The position numbers were made by a program, and so were the translations under genes. The notes under the pieces were generated by a model. The model was given only the letters and a program-made list of their open reading frames with translations, was not told the origin of the DNA and did not search any database. Below, piece after piece: positions 1 to 32,938 of a DNA stretch of 64,000 nucleotides. The first letter of the stretch is position 1. Each line of letters opens with the position of its first letter. The stretch lies in NCBI GenBank assembly GCA_030141605.1, contig JAQGDQ010000240.1:278140-342139 (forward strand), read 5' to 3'. The stretch comes from Tubiluchus corallicola (Eukaryota > Animalia > Priapulida).

Positions 1-1464
1 AAATAAGCTCTTGTGGTTGCTGAGAATGCCTCCTGACTACCCACATTGCTTTTGTTGCTTATGATTCATCTAATTGTATATGAATAAATAGTAGATCAGA
101 CTAGACCTTACCAGGGTCTTCTTGTGAAGCTTAACACTGTCTCTGCTGTAAGAATTTTCTATTAAATTAAAATAAACGAACTTATAAGTAGCAAGTGAGG
201 CATGTTGAGAGTTTTTCTGCTTTATATCCATGTTCAAAATGAAAATTTTGCTCTCGGAGTTATTTTTGAACTCCCTGTACATTTTACTCATTAAACAGTT
301 GGATGTTCAGTGTAAAATTTTATAGCGTGGTGTGGTTACCCTGAGGCAAAATTTTCTCGGCTGTAAACTTATGTGCAACAAAAGCTTGCATTTTTCTTTT
401 GCTGTAATAGCCGTTTATATAAAGGATTTTCTCCATTATGGCATTTGCCATGAATAATGATGTTAACCAGCTGGTTTTTAGTATTTATTCAGTTTGGTTT
501 CGTTACCTAGGTTTATAGACTAGTAAAGTAGATATTCACTGAGAAAAGCAGGGGGTCTGCTGAGTTTGCACACATGTAACAATGTTTTCCTAGCTGAGTT
601 ATACAGAAACTTACTGAAATGCTGTTTAAAGCTATTAGTATTAAGTTACGACACCCTGTGTGAAATGGTTCCACCCAAAAAGAACAGAATCTGGGCTGCC
701 ATTGATCATGAATATTTTAAATTTCAGCTTAGAACCTCAGTTTATACCAACCCCAAGAGTTGTGTACTCTCTTCCTTGACATCCAGCCAAACTGAATGGC
801 AGTTAAATATCGGTTTTACAGTGAAAATCGGTTTTAACAAATTTGGTTTAGTAAACTGCTTTACAGATGATTTTCCTACTTGTGAGCCTTAGGCCAAAGT
901 CATCAGCGGCCCCCAAATTTGGGTCTATACTTATTGCACAGGAGCCTTGTGGGTTTGAATTTATTATATAATGAAATACCCAGTGTACACTTGAAATAAT
1001 GTTATACGCTGGCACACTGCATGACAAATTAGCTTCAGTGGGCCCTGTTAGATACTTGCGTACCCTAGCCCAAAGGCCTACTATCCCTATTGGTAAATCC
1101 GGTCCCGTTACAGATGGATTATGCAAAACATTGTTTTGAAATTTAAAAATACAGCAATTTGGTAGAATAGAATTCTACTAAAATTAAAATTAGCCTTAAT
1201 GTTAATAAAGCACTAATAAGGCAAGTTTTCGATAAAGCACTCATTGAAGCTACATAATATTTACAAAATAATTACTAGGCAGAAATGTTTAGCTGCAAGG
1301 TTTACCTTTTTAGTCTTGTGTCTCTAATGTCCTAAAAACATTACACATCACCCGTACGTATCTTGCAATATTATACTATTTTTCGTTTAATTTTATCATG
1401 CGCGCGTAATAGTAATTTCCCTAGTTCTGCTGACTTAGTTGGGATTGTTTTCCATTTATTTCAG

Positions 1465-4400
1465 ATTATGTACATTGTCCATACTGTGATCGTAATTTTA
1501 GCCAAACGGCCGCAGAACGGCACATAGAATTTTGTAAATCACAAGCGATGAAGAAAGGCGGAGCTCCAAAACTTGCAGATAAAAAACCGAAGGTAAAAGA
1601 GACAGCTATGCTCCTTTATTTATTTACAAGCATTTATGCAAAAGCATAATCTTATTAATGTTGATGTAGCCAAAGTAGCCACTCACATTGTTCTTGTCTA
1701 AATTTTTTTGCAAATTAAATGGCTCCTTTCAAGAATTTGCACAATGTGCATATTTTTCAGACAGTGTTTTAATTTGCACATCACTTATTGTAAAAAATGT
1801 TTATTTACAAGTAGTTTGTCACTAATCAGTTAGCAAAACATAATTTAGCACCCTGATTTTAAAGTTCTGTTCCCATTCGTGCACATTTTACAGCTCCATA
1901 GACAGTTGATTTGTGAGAAAATGCACATTAGCCACTGCATTTTTGTGACATAGACAAATTGTTTTTCAGCAAGCACCGTCACAGATTGGCAAACCACAGC
2001 AGAAAAGAGTGAACAACCCTGCAGTTAGCACATCAAAAACTGCTGTTAACATATCAAAAACTACATCACACAATGCTACTAATAAATCGACACAGAATGT
2101 TAATAGCAAACCATCTGCTGTTACTTTGAAATCTAACTCTAGGGTTGTTAATGCACACAGTAATAGTACAAAGTCGGTGAGTTTTGTGATAGATGTGTAG
2201 ACTAACATTGGTTCAATAGGTGTTGGTGGTGCTGTCTTATGCTCTGAATCTTTCTTACTGATAGGTCTTTGTTTAAACTTTGTGAATAGTTAGAATTTGT
2301 GTGTCTTGCACGAGCTGACGATCTCTTGCATGGTCCTCTAGACAAAGGCATTGTTGTTTTTCTATTGTATCCTTTCGCAAGTGTGCTGACAGAATCATAT
2401 TTGTGTGACTTGTGTCTAAAACATTGCCAATAAGAATTGTCTTTTTGGAAAGGCAGACATATACAGTTTCTTTACTGTGCAGCATGCCTGTAATTTTTGC
2501 ACTCTCTTTGTTAGTAATTCTCGTGATTTAAAGAAATAATACTAGAATAAAGAAATAATATTAATAAAGAATAATCTTAGTTCCTGCACATTGTTATACA
2601 AAAAGGAATTGGCTATTAGGGGCTATGCTCTCATTTTTTTGTACTCTTTGTGTTAATAGAAAACTGCAGTTTCAGTGTCAGAAAATGCATTTTTGCACCA
2701 TATACTTCAACGATGTGTTTTAGGCCCGTCATTCTTATAGTCATGCTAAGATTATGTTGTTACCTGCGTGAGTTTACAAATTTTTCCCACCTTTTGCCGT
2801 TGCTTTTGTAAAATTATTAAATGACTAAAGTTTTCAATGGTTTTCTCTCATTTTTATATTATACTTATATTTTTTATCGTCTTTTGAATTTTAATGATAC
2901 ACTGAAGATTTTATTAGCACTAGTTTCTGAACATTTATGTTTACTTTTATTGTGTCTCGATATTGACCGGTGCAGTAACAGTTTATAGTTAGTATTAATT
3001 TCTACACTATGTTATTGTCACTAATTGTTGATCAATGGTAGGCAGTAAATGTTAATTAATGGCTTTTATTGCCATAACTGCCTGGAGAATATTTACAGTC
3101 ATCACACTGATAGATTGTTGCTTAGTTAGGTAACAGCAACGACATTTGTAGTTGCTTGCAGAAATGCAGACCAATTTACATGACTTTAATCCATTGTTTT
3201 TATTGTATTGCAGTATCAGCCACCACCACCTAAAACAAAATCTGGAACCGGTGCAGGTAAGTAATAAAAAGCTGCTGCCACTTTTAGTACAAACTTTCAT
3301 CAAATTACATTATGCTTTATTTGTGACTCTGACAGTTTGATTTTTTCGCAACTGTTTACTCCAGTGAATAGTTCTTCAACTCCACACTTGGACTGAAATG
3401 CCTCAGCAAGTATTTGCAGAGGTGGCAGAAGTGACGTGGTCAGTAGATGGCCTTGCAAATATGTTTACAGTGGAACCTCGACTTACGAAAACCCTATTAT
3501 ATGAGAAATTCAGGATACGAATCGGGCTTCGGAGAAATTTCCGTCCCATTTAACGAAAAAATTTACAAGATACGAAAACGAAAATCGAAAGTGCCGCCCG
3601 ACAGTGGTCCTCCCAGAATGTATTTCGTAGCATCACGTGAACGCTTTGTTATGCGCAACACGTGAACACTTCGAAAGGTAAAGTGTCATTATTCGTAACA
3701 ACATTTATTATTATTTTTCATTGATTTTATTATTTTCTCATTGGTCTTTAACATTTATGTAAATGATTATGTTGTCATTAACGAACATATTTCTTTCGGG
3801 TAGGTACAATATTTACACTTTATACGACTGGTTTTCGGGGGGGAGGGGGTGTTTCTGGAACGAGTTACGCCATTTATAGCGTAAACCTTGTCTCATAATA
3901 CAAAAATTCTAAGATACGAAAACCCCTCCGGAACGAATTAATTTCGTATCTCGAGGTATCACTGATAATACAAACTCCTTCAGTTTGCGTAATTCACTTA
4001 TTCATGCAGGCTAATGTAGTTTTTTTGTCTGCTTTATTTCAACTGCCTCAATTTTCTTTGACATTTTTGTTCAAAAACAGAATAATATACTTGAGCTTCA
4101 TTAATACCATTTTGTCAACTTCCCTAGGTCCTGCAAAAAAGCCGGCTGGGCCCACGAAGCCCATCAACAGATCCAACAATAACAACAATGCAGGAAATAG
4201 CAGTGATGGACCAAAACTGCAGGCTCGAGCTCCAGGCGCTCCAGCTAGGTATGAGCTCAGTACTTCAACATCTTTCCTTGTCAGAAGTGGTACATGCTGT
4301 CTGTGTATTCACTTGTCGATTAATTTACTTAGCACATTTCTTCACAACCGTTTAAGTTGCCTTCTTTAAACCAATGCAGAAATGCCCTGATACTTGCGAG

Positions 4401-6313
4401 GGTTATTGTGCTTAGTGCAAATTGCATGCGATAAAATTTATGTGAAATTCATCTGTCCTCACTGAAAAAAGTGTGCCATACTTCTACAAGATGCAAACAT
4501 GGTATCACATGTCGAGTGATAATACCTGTAATAAGCAAAGCAATTCTGACATTTTGACACTGTCTTGTTTTTGTCCCTTTTACAGCTGCTTGTAATTGTG
4601 AACTACCTTCATAAAAATTACGCTGAGAAATCATGTCGATGGTGCACTCCTGCACTGAACTCGTTATATTTGCATAGACATTTCGCAAAAGCAAATTAAG
4701 TCTAATCTTGCTTCAAAATTCTCATAATATAATAATTTCGTTTCAGAAACATGAAAGCGTCCAATTCTACAAATAATAAACAATCGTCGTCAAAATCTGC
4801 GCCAAAACCCAAATCAAAACAAACGCCCATTGCTAATAACACGCATGCAAACCATGAACCACTGCATGACCCATTCAATGATGATCCATTTGCGGGTGCA
4901 CAGGAGATGCAGTTTACCCGTCCCTCATCCGAACGCAATCTGACAATTCCTCGTAAACAATCTGAGGAAAGCGGATACTATTCTGGGCAATATAGCCCAA
5001 CAATATATCCCTCCTCGTACAGGTATATCTGTGCTTAACGTGTGCTTAATCTCTCCTGCACGTGTGCTCAACCATGATGTACCTTGTCATTCTCACCCTG
5101 AGATTACTAAAATGAACTTACAATATCTGTTTTTGCTGTGGATGCAGTGATTGCACACCGTTTATTTCTGGCACATCTTTGTTGCATATACCTGTACACA
5201 TTTGAAAAATTTCCATTGTTTTACTGTCTTCGTATCAAAACTGTTTTTGCTAGTGTCACTGCATTTATATCCTTACAGCTGGCCATTTCTAACTATTATT
5301 CCGCTATGTTCACAAATTGTATAGATCTGAAAAAAATGTGAATTTTGGTGTCTTTTATGTGTATAGCTGACTAACTGAAATTTCTTTTAGTGTAAATTTC
5401 TGTCAGTACCCTCTCTACCTTTGTTAAAAACATCTGCACTCAATTTAAGAAAATTTAGATGCTGAAGTCTTTGCAAGAATGTATTTTTATTAATTAATAA
5501 ATTGAAAACTCAATGATATTGATAAATAATATCATTAAAATTTAGGACGAAACATTTATTAATAAAATATACCTTCTGTAAAAAAGATACCTTCTACACC
5601 TGGGCAGTACAAAAATATATTGTATACCTCACAATTTGAATTCATTTTTATTCAAAACTCAAGGTAACAGTATTAAACAGTTTAGCATTTCAAGTGGAGA
5701 TTGACATTCTAATATAAGGTTTGCAAAAATGATACACTGCTTTTATGTTAAGACGTAATATGTGGTCTGAAAATGTGACAAATGACAATGGTATTATTAC
5801 TGTTTAAATGTTTTTATCTGATTCTCAATTTTCTTCTTTCTAATTCTGAATGTTTTTCTGGTGTATTTTTGACTATTTATTGTATTAAATGTGTTTTTGC
5901 ATGTTCATATGTATTTATTTGTAATTTACAAGTATTTATTGTTTTATTATTGAAACTTCAGCAAAAACATGTACTAAAATATCTTTATTTGTGTGCTCAT
6001 GTGACAATTTGATTTATTCACATTACATGCCTAAAAAATTGTAGAACTTACTTACATTTTTTCCTGTTTTGATACAAAATTTTCTTTCCTGTAATTAGAC
6101 TCAAATATTTAATTCTTTTTGACATTCTTATTCCTTTATGTTGATCTTATTCTTGATTTTAGTAATAAACCTGGTGCTGGACAACGATCGCAACTGCCTC
6201 GTCTATCCCGGCCTGGATCCTCCACGCTTTGTCCGGAGTGCGGTGGAAAATATCCGTCACCCCATGCAAAGTTCTGTGTCGAGTGCGGAGTCAAACGTGC
6301 CAGCCTTACATAA
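1465..6313 (+). CDS. ZC2HC1A: Zinc finger C2HC domain-containing protein 1A/B-like (FAM164 family), 3' part; exons 1465-1592, 1970-2176, 3214-3256, 4128-4248, 4747-5022, 6163-6313; 5' exons not located (probably upstream of the window)
   Basis: Exon 1465-1592 encodes YVHCPYCDRNFSQTAAERHIEFC (C2HC finger). The last exon encodes LCPECGGKYPSPHAKFCVECGVKR-ASLT-stop, the typical C-terminal zinc ribbon of ZC2HC1A/B. All six exons have AG/GT boundaries with matching phases. Confidence 0.85.
3468..3964. mobile_element. Non-autonomous Tc1/mariner-pogo (Tigger-like) MITE in a ZC2HC1A intron
   Basis: 23-bp terminal inverted repeats CAGTGGAACCTCGACTTACGAAA / TTTCGTATCTCGAGGTATCACTG (4 mismatches). TA on the left; the right TA is not preserved. 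No transposase. Confidence 0.7.
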
Positions 6314-8174
6314 TCATCTAATGTCACAGCAACACCTTTTGTTTAAATACAAAACATTTGCTTTTTGTTCCAAGAGATTTGTTATAAGCTGTGTATCTGA
6401 CATTTTTACAATTTGAAAAATGCATTTTTGCTTTTAAGAATATTTTGCATTCACTTTTATTATTTTGTTTGACACGAACCATGTGCGTTTTGAAAATGTA
6501 AACTACACAGAGATTTGTCTTTTTTGAAGAAACTGTTGAACAACAAATGTAAATTCACAGTAGTAGACTTTGTTATCAAGAAACTGCATCAGTTCAAAAA
6601 ATGAAAATAAAAAGATGAAAGTTGTTTGTTTTTTTAACCCTGTGTTACATACAGAAGTTCATAGCGAAAAATACTTTCAAACATTCGTACCTTCATAACA
6701 TTTGAGGGCTTTTGAAAAATAAAAGGCCTACACTTTGCACACTAGGCCTCGTACACTTCAGTTTTGCACACTTTTTGGCATTAGTAACTTAGTTCAGGAA
6801 CCCCAAGTTTATTTTGTTTAATTTTTGTGTAACATCTTTTAAATATATAGCACATAGCACATAGCATATCAGATATCAGCTGTTGTACAACTTGACTAAG
6901 TACCTGTTCTATGATTGTAGGAGAGCAGAATAGAGACATATGGGTTGTTAAGTCACCTTATGCATCATTGAAACATTCTTAATAATGTGTAACCAGAAAA
7001 GCATGTGTCGTTTCTTGTGTGTAATAATGTAATTTTGATGGTCTAAGTATTTTAGAAGCACAAACACTGTGCATAGGTTGTTTGGCCTAAGCATCAGATC
7101 CAAGTATAAAAAAACATGAAAGAGAAAGATCGTCTATGGTCTAATGCTATTTGCCTTGAGAAAATTTAATTATTTTTTAACAATGAGAGTTTAATTTCCA
7201 TGTTCTTTTTATTTATTTAGTTTGAAATCCATTTTTTGTTGTCCTAATTTTTTGTTTAATTCTCAAGGTTACTGCTATTTAATATTATTGCAGTGCTAAA
7301 AGAAATGTTTTTATATTGGGCACTGTTTGTAACAAATACATAGATTCGTTCTGGTTGTGTAATTTTCGACTTTAGGGTGGAAAAGTTTAAATTTATTTTG
7401 CATTGTCAGAACATTTGTGGTGTATACTTGCTCCAAATGCTTTTGAAAAGTTACTATGTACATTTTGTAAGGTTAGTAAGTGAGTAGATATTTCGATAGT
7501 CAGTGCAAGTTACTCAAACTAGATTTGATCTTAACATTTTACTTGAACTATAACAATCATTTGTTTTTGTTAGTAGTTAAAACCATCTATGCTGAACATA
7601 TGGGCCACAAGGTTTGTAAATTTTTAGTGATAATTACAGGGAAAAGATGTCACCTACATTAACAAATTTTAAGTATGCATCCTCTAACGTATATATTTTT
7701 GATTTTAGGTACAATTTTTTTATTATATTACATTTTACTTTAGAAACTTGATTATGTGACATTCCAAAGTATTCTACAGTCTTTCATACTCTAGTCTTAG
7801 CAATTCAATTCAATGCTTATATTATATAAATAAAAGACTTCAATTTTTTACTCCAGGCATTTCAGTAAGATTCCCGCTTAGCTTTTATGAAAGTAATCCA
7901 GTTGTAATTGTGATTAAAAGCTAGTAATATAGATAGACAAACATTTATGTATATTATTTTTACAGATTAGTCTATAGGCACTTATTTATTTGTGTACTCT
8001 CCTTTTTGCACTTAAAATAAATCTTATTTAACAAGCATCATTGTGCCTTGTTTTTCTACTGCATTTTCAAAATTAATGAACAATGCAACTTTGCCATGCA
8101 AATGCCAATGCAACATTAATGAACAAGTTAAAAGGTTTTTGCTTGTTTTTCACAGACATTTCATTATGTAGAAT

Positions 8175-8607
8175 CAGGGTTCCCACTGTCATGGAAAATC
8201 CTTGAAAATACAGGCTATCCTGGAAAGTCATAGAGAAGTCAGAGAAAGTGATGAAAATAGAGCGAAAAATCAGGGAAATTGGAAAGGGTTGCAAAAAATA
8301 TATTTTTCCAAACATTTTTCAGATTTGCAATCAAATGAAATTTTGCTATGGCAGGCTCCCAGTTTCGATTTCTGTTCCAAAATAACGATTGGATTAAGAA
8401 AGTTTATTTATTGTAATTAGTGTTATTTCGTTAGCACTACTGCAACTATGCCGACACATTATCAGTATGCGTGTGAATGTCCATACATAAAAATGTTAGA
8501 ATGTGTTATGCTGGTAATGCAATTCCTGCTTATCTTGGTTATGGAAAATCAATATTTGGTCAGGGAAAAGTCTGGGAAATTTATTTTAAAATTCTGTGGG
8601 AACACTG
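8175..8607. mobile_element. Non-autonomous DNA transposon (MITE), 12-bp TIR, 6-bp target duplication
   Basis: CAGGGTTCCCAC ... GTGGGAACACTG (1 mismatch), flanked on both sides by TAGAAT (8169-8174 and 8608-8613). Confidence 0.75.
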
Positions 8608-9940
8608 TAGAATAAATTGCTCTTCATTATTATTAGATGACAAATGACTAAATAATGTACTTTGTTATGATAAAAAATATAATAAATAATCATTATTTGC
8701 AGCTCTTGCAAGTGACTTGGATGAAGTCACTAAATTTCAAAAACAAATTTAAAGATCAGATAGCTGCACACAATGAACTTCATTACAGAAACACCATACA
8801 AACACATGGCAAGTATTTTTTGTGGTGAGAAACAAAGGTAAAAAATAAATTACTAAAATTCAGTTGCTTTTGCCACCTTATGCGAGAACTTCTGGGTAAC
8901 ATCGAAATACATTGAAGCACGAGACAAACATGACAATTATCCTAATAAATTTATTCACATGTTGCAGACACATGAAAAAACAATAACTATGTAACAATAT
9001 ATTTAAAAACATCTAAAAATAACTACTCTACAAAATTGCTTACAATATATTTAGGCCACAAAATTACAATACTTTTTCAAGCACTAAAAATAGACTATCA
9101 CAAAGAACGAAATAAAAAGTGTGGACTGTGAGCAAGGATGAAAAACTGTACAATAAAATCTGCAAAGAAAACACAGTACTAGCTAATGACAGACGAAGAA
9201 CAAGCTAATGATTTACATATGTTGTTAACTTCAATGGGTGTGATATTAAAAAGTGTTAAAAAACTTAAGTTAAAATACCTCTTTATTACAATAACAGCTA
9301 AAACTGACACAAAACTGTAATTTAAGTAAGTTAAAAGCCGTACTAAAGCTATTTAAATGGGTTAAAAGGTACAGCAATGAAACACATGCCTGCCAATCAG
9401 CTTTCGCTTAGGAAAGACAAATAAGTGCAACTCAAGAAATGTCTGATTTGGAATCTCCAAACAATACTACACAATTCTGTAGAACTACAAGCTTTTCCTT
9501 TTAGAAAACTTCAAAAAGGCATGCATTGGAACTAATTAATGGACACCAACTAATTGTGAGCCCAGGAATTGAACCAAGGGTTTTCTCATTGATTGGACTT
9601 GCTAACCAAGATATACAGTATATAATACCAGGCTATACAGTATACGTAGGTTTGCTTATGAATGTTGAATTTGCCGTGACAGAAATTTGTTCTCAAAAAA
9701 CGTATATTATCAGCCAAATGCACATTAATAGCACATCTGATATCTGAATGAACAGCACTACTTTAGACACAAATCAACAATTATTTGAAAAAAGGTAAAT
9801 GAGTCAAAAAGTAACTGCAGTATAGAAGTTTAATCATTCAGCAATAATCTCACTAATATGGACGATTAAAAACACAAATTACACAACAGTTTATAATAAA
9901 AATAATTTCTTACGTGATTTAATCTGACTAGGTGTTTTAC

Positions 9941-28102
<18,162 letters not shown>

Positions 28103-29878
28103 AGAAAAGATCCACCTCTGAATGATTACCAAAGACCTAACGGTTAATCAAATAACCAAGAGCATCCATTAGGCATAAAACAATACTGTTATGCCTCAGC
28201 ATACCAGCTTATAAATAAATACCTGCAACTGCAAAATAAAATATTTATGATTAACTAGCGATCCAGTAAGCCTATTTCACAGTAAATCAGCAACTTTACT
28301 TAGATAAATGTGTTGACATATCAACACCAATATCACGTTCAACTTTGCATATCACATAAAATGGCTTACTACTGCAAAAATGAACTTGTAGTACTAGAGC
28401 CTATAGTTTTAGCATTCCAGAATAAATTTTGGCTGCACAGGATGACTGGGCTCTCTCAGTCACATATAATGTCAACCTAACCCAGACATCTAGCTTCAGT
28501 TCTCTATTTTGATCGATCAGACCAAGTCAAATGTGTTCTTCCCAATTCTACAATGTCATTTCAGAGTGTTTTCATTACACTAGATCAAAAATTTCATTAC
28601 GTGCAGTCAGCATTTTCTATAAATCTCGTGCTGTCATTTTTTGACATTTTGCTGTTGCAACATTTTAAATTTAATTGAATGCTAATATGCAAAAATTAAG
28701 GAAAAGCACAAACTGGTGTGGTGTTGAGACACTACAATGACAACTGATGGAAAATCACTTAAAATTACAAATACAAAAATAAATTAAAATAACAAACTAA
28801 ACATCATCATCATCATATTATGTGTTCACTCATCGAAGGAAATAACACTGTTAACCTTCTGCTGCTAAGTACTTCAGTTCTTAACTACACTCCAAGATGA
28901 AGTATTTTAACAATTTCAGAATTAAAAACATTCCATTGAGATCTTTTTGCATGAAATCCACCCATGTAAGTAATCTACCGCCTTTTGACTTCTTTGACTG
29001 TTGAATTAGTTTATAGAATTTTTAGAAAGACAGATTAGATTAGATTTAGTTTTATTTCACGGAAACGTTAATAAGTAGACTATCTTCTGCTCTGGTAACC
29101 TCAAAGCACGACCAACCTAATTAAGTGTTCTGCGTTTAATCTTTCTAGTCCATTTTTCTTCATTGACTCTATTGTACAAATCCCTGTTGCTCACAACTTT
29201 TGGTAATTTTACCGGCATTAACAGAAATGATATGTATAAACGTCTTTGAAAGGCGTCAATCAGTAATTTATTAATTACTTTCAACGTCTACAGTTTTTTA
29301 TTGCATAGATGATATAATAGTTGTCCTTTATTTTGGAAGAGTTACACGTTTACCTGTCTTTATAGTTTATTATACGATATTTTCTTAAAACAAAACATCA
29401 TTATATTAGAAAAATTGTTTTTTGGCAAGCTGGGATAACTTCCCGAATCTCTTTCCTCTTCAAGCGAAATCTGCTGCGCAGCGGCCTCAGCCTGAACTGA
29501 ACAAGTGTCCACAGTTTGAGCATGAAATACATGTACATGAATAAGATTTTTCTCAGTGGTTTTCGAGTCGACTAATAACTTCTAGTAATAAGTTCTGCGC
29601 AGATAATAAAATAGCTGCTGTGAGACTCGGGGTACTTAACTTTTGCCATGTATAACACACTTAGAAAAGAACACTAGCAAATAAATATTAACAGAATCAT
29701 GACAAATGATGACATCATTAAATTCACTTTTTGAATTCTGATGTAGAGATGTGTCATAGAATCAGGGACGTTTTTGACTTTTGAAATTTTTAATAAATCA
29801 AACTTATTTTTATTATGATATCTTTGTTAGTTTTTGTTAATATTATTGTTTTTACATTTTCGCACATATAATAATAAT

Positions 29879-30246
29879 TAGGGGAAATCATTCTCTACCA
29901 GAAAGTGAATTCGAATCCAATCGCATTTGTGACGTTCGAATTCGAATCAAACCAAATTTCAGTATTTTGAATCAGAATCAAAATCGAATTGGTATGATAG
30001 ATATTCGAACAAGTTTTCAAATCACTAGTAAAAATAGTCTTACAAAGACTATGCATACTACTTGACTTTGTTCTCCAGTATGTTAGTTTGTTAAAAAATT
30101 TGCACAGAAACTGCAGCTAAATTGTGCTAATTACATGCTGTTTCGAACATTTTAATGATAAAGAACATATGTGGCTGAAGTGCTGAATTATTCTAATCTA
30201 TAATTTTAGGTTTAAATCAAATTCGAATGTTCGATGCTCACCCCCA
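29879..30246. mobile_element. Degenerate hAT-like MITE with internal TTCGAAT motifs
   Basis: Ends TAGGGG... / ...GATGCTCACCCCCA; flanks ATAATAAT / ATAATAAC (7/8); repeated TTCGAAT subterminal motifs. Confidence 0.45.
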
Positions 30247-30473
<227 letters not shown>

Positions 30474-32330
30474 ATTTATTTTGTGAATTTACCTTCTTTG
30501 CTATTAAGATTTTGTACTAAGATAAAATCTTCGTGAAATTCAAAATTCATCTAGGTATTTTTATTTCATTATTCTTTGTTTTCCGTAACATTTTGCTTGA
30601 TAACTCGTTAGGTTTGTACTTTGTACTAGTGGGTAGCCTGGACAAGGCAAGGACAGCCGTTTGTTTCACACTGACCTCTGGTGTGCCGGTCGGTTTTTTC
30701 ATTAGGTCGCATGTCTTCCTGGGGCTTTCAGTTTTTTCAATTTATTTCACAAATACTGTATTTAGGTATCGTCGGGCAGAAGAAAACCTGTGGTTTTTAT
30801 TTAGCTGGTAATCTTTAAAGCACAAGAAAACAATCTTCAAAAATAAGCTTGAAAAACTCGTCTTGAAGTTTTGTTCCATTTACATGCCGTCTTATTGCAC
30901 ATAGAGCTTGTATTAGCAACAACACTGTATAAGACTTCCAAATTTAATCTCCCGCGATACCATTTGGTGCAGCCGTTTTAACGTTTAAGTCATTCCAAGC
31001 AAGTTTAGACAATAAAAATAATGTGCAAATTTCGAAAAAACAGCCAGAGCACTCGTAGCGCAGTTTTCACTAACTAAGCAAATATCTAAATTATTTTAAA
31101 TTGTTAGTAAGATCAGTAATGTGTTTTTCGCTGGTGCGCTCTGGGATGACGATGAAGTGCCATTTTACTCGGTAGCTCTAATATTTTAAACTATTAAGAA
31201 TTTTCTTTTACACTAGTACAGATTTTTCAAACACGTAACTGTAATGCTAAGTAATGTGTGGAAGATTTTTTGGGGCCGTACATTAAAATTGCCTTTTCTT
31301 CTCTTTTAAACGTCCAAGAGAGTTGCTTCGAAAGGTACCCATTTCTGGCGACCTTTTAGACGCAGAGAGACACAAAACTCACAGGGCACATTCAAGAGAA
31401 CGTGTGTTTATGAGTGTTCCGAAAATCTCTAATCAAAGATCACGGTGTGGTCAGGTTTTTACTTACTTTTCGTTAGTCTCACGTGCTGCTATAGTTTTCC
31501 ACAATTTTTAGTATGTGGCTAGGTGGGATTGCAGTTTATCGCGTGGCTGAATATGGGACATGTGTGTTTGGGAAAAATTTCTGCTTGGTGACAAAAACAG
31601 TAATTTGGGGATCGGGAAACTTGTAGCTTGTTACAGTAGCACATTAAATGAAAGGACTAAACGAGACGCATCGCCATGGAATGGTATAAGTTACTCCGAG
31701 ATGTGTTGACATCTGACTATTCTAGTGGTAAAATGTGGGTCGAGGAGACAAATGCTTCCATGTTTCCAGTGTGGACTGTGAGATTGATTGAATGATATAA
31801 ATTAACAGGAGATTGGTTGATCTTTGACTCACTCCTCGAAAGGTTGCAAGTTGTGATTTCATAGCTATTATTATTATTATTATTAATTTATAGATTTTGT
31901 TACTCTGCAAGCCAAGGTCCAAAACTTAACGAAGGGAGCTATTTAACGTGTAATATGGATACGGCAAAAGTGGAACCTAGCTCGTTGCCAATACTAGATT
32001 TTGACCTTTGAAAATTATACATTAAACCGTTATTCACTTTGGGTGCGTGTATGTCGTCCCTCTGTGAACTCAATAGACGGGCAGTACGGCACACGTATAA
32101 CTATCGTGCTTTCTATTACCGAAAAACTCGGTGTTATTTAACTTCAGATAGTATATAACAAACAAAGAGTAAAGAAACAAAATTTTGAAAGGCAGCCGAA
32201 AATTTAACTCGATCCGCTGTACTAGCATAAAGTTATACAGTGCAATATTATATTCCCCAGTCAATTCAGAATTACTAATTGACAATAGGTGCAAAGATGG
32301 ACTTTTAAAACGTAAAAGAGTTGTACGCAT

Positions 32331-32938
32331 TTAAAATTAACCAATTTTATGCAAGTAAAATTAACCAGTTTTACGCACGTAAAATTAACCAATTTTATGC
32401 AAGTAAAATTAACCAGTTTTATGCAAGTAAAATTAACCAGTTTTACGCACATAAAATTAACCAATTTTACACAAGTAAAATTAACCAGTTTTACGCACGT
32501 AAAATTAACCAGTTTTATGCAAGTAAAATTAACCAATTTTATGCAAGTAAAATTAATCAATTTTATGCAAGTAAAATTAACCAGTTTTACGCACGTAAAA
32601 TTAACCAGTTTTACGCACGTAAAATTAACCAATTTTATGCAAGTAAAATTAACCAATTTTATGCAAGTAAAATTAACCAGTTTTATGCAAGTAAAATTAA
32701 CCAGTTTTACGCACGTAAAATTAACCAATTTTACGCAAGTAAAATTAACCAGTTTTACGCACGTAAAATTAACCAGTTTTACGCAAGTAAAATTAACCAA
32801 TTTTACGCAAGTAAAAATTAACCTGTTTTACGCACGTAAAATTAACCAGTTTTATGCAAGTAAAATTAACCAGTTTTATGCAAGTAAAATTAACCAATTT
32901 TATGCAAGTAAAATTAACCAGTTTTAGGCACGTAAAAT
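32331..32938. repeat. 24-bp tandem minisatellite, about 25 copies, consensus GTAAAATTAACCA(A/G)TTTTA(T/C)GCA(A/C)
   Basis: Head-to-tail units with no spacers; the unit is internally palindromic. Confidence 0.97.

Noticed and set aside
32261-32938. CRISPR array or repeat-protein genes (ORFs of 179, 166 and 192 aa)
   Set aside because: Units are contiguous with no unique spacers, there are no cas genes and the context is eukaryotic. The ORFs arise because the 24-bp unit lacks stops in some frames.
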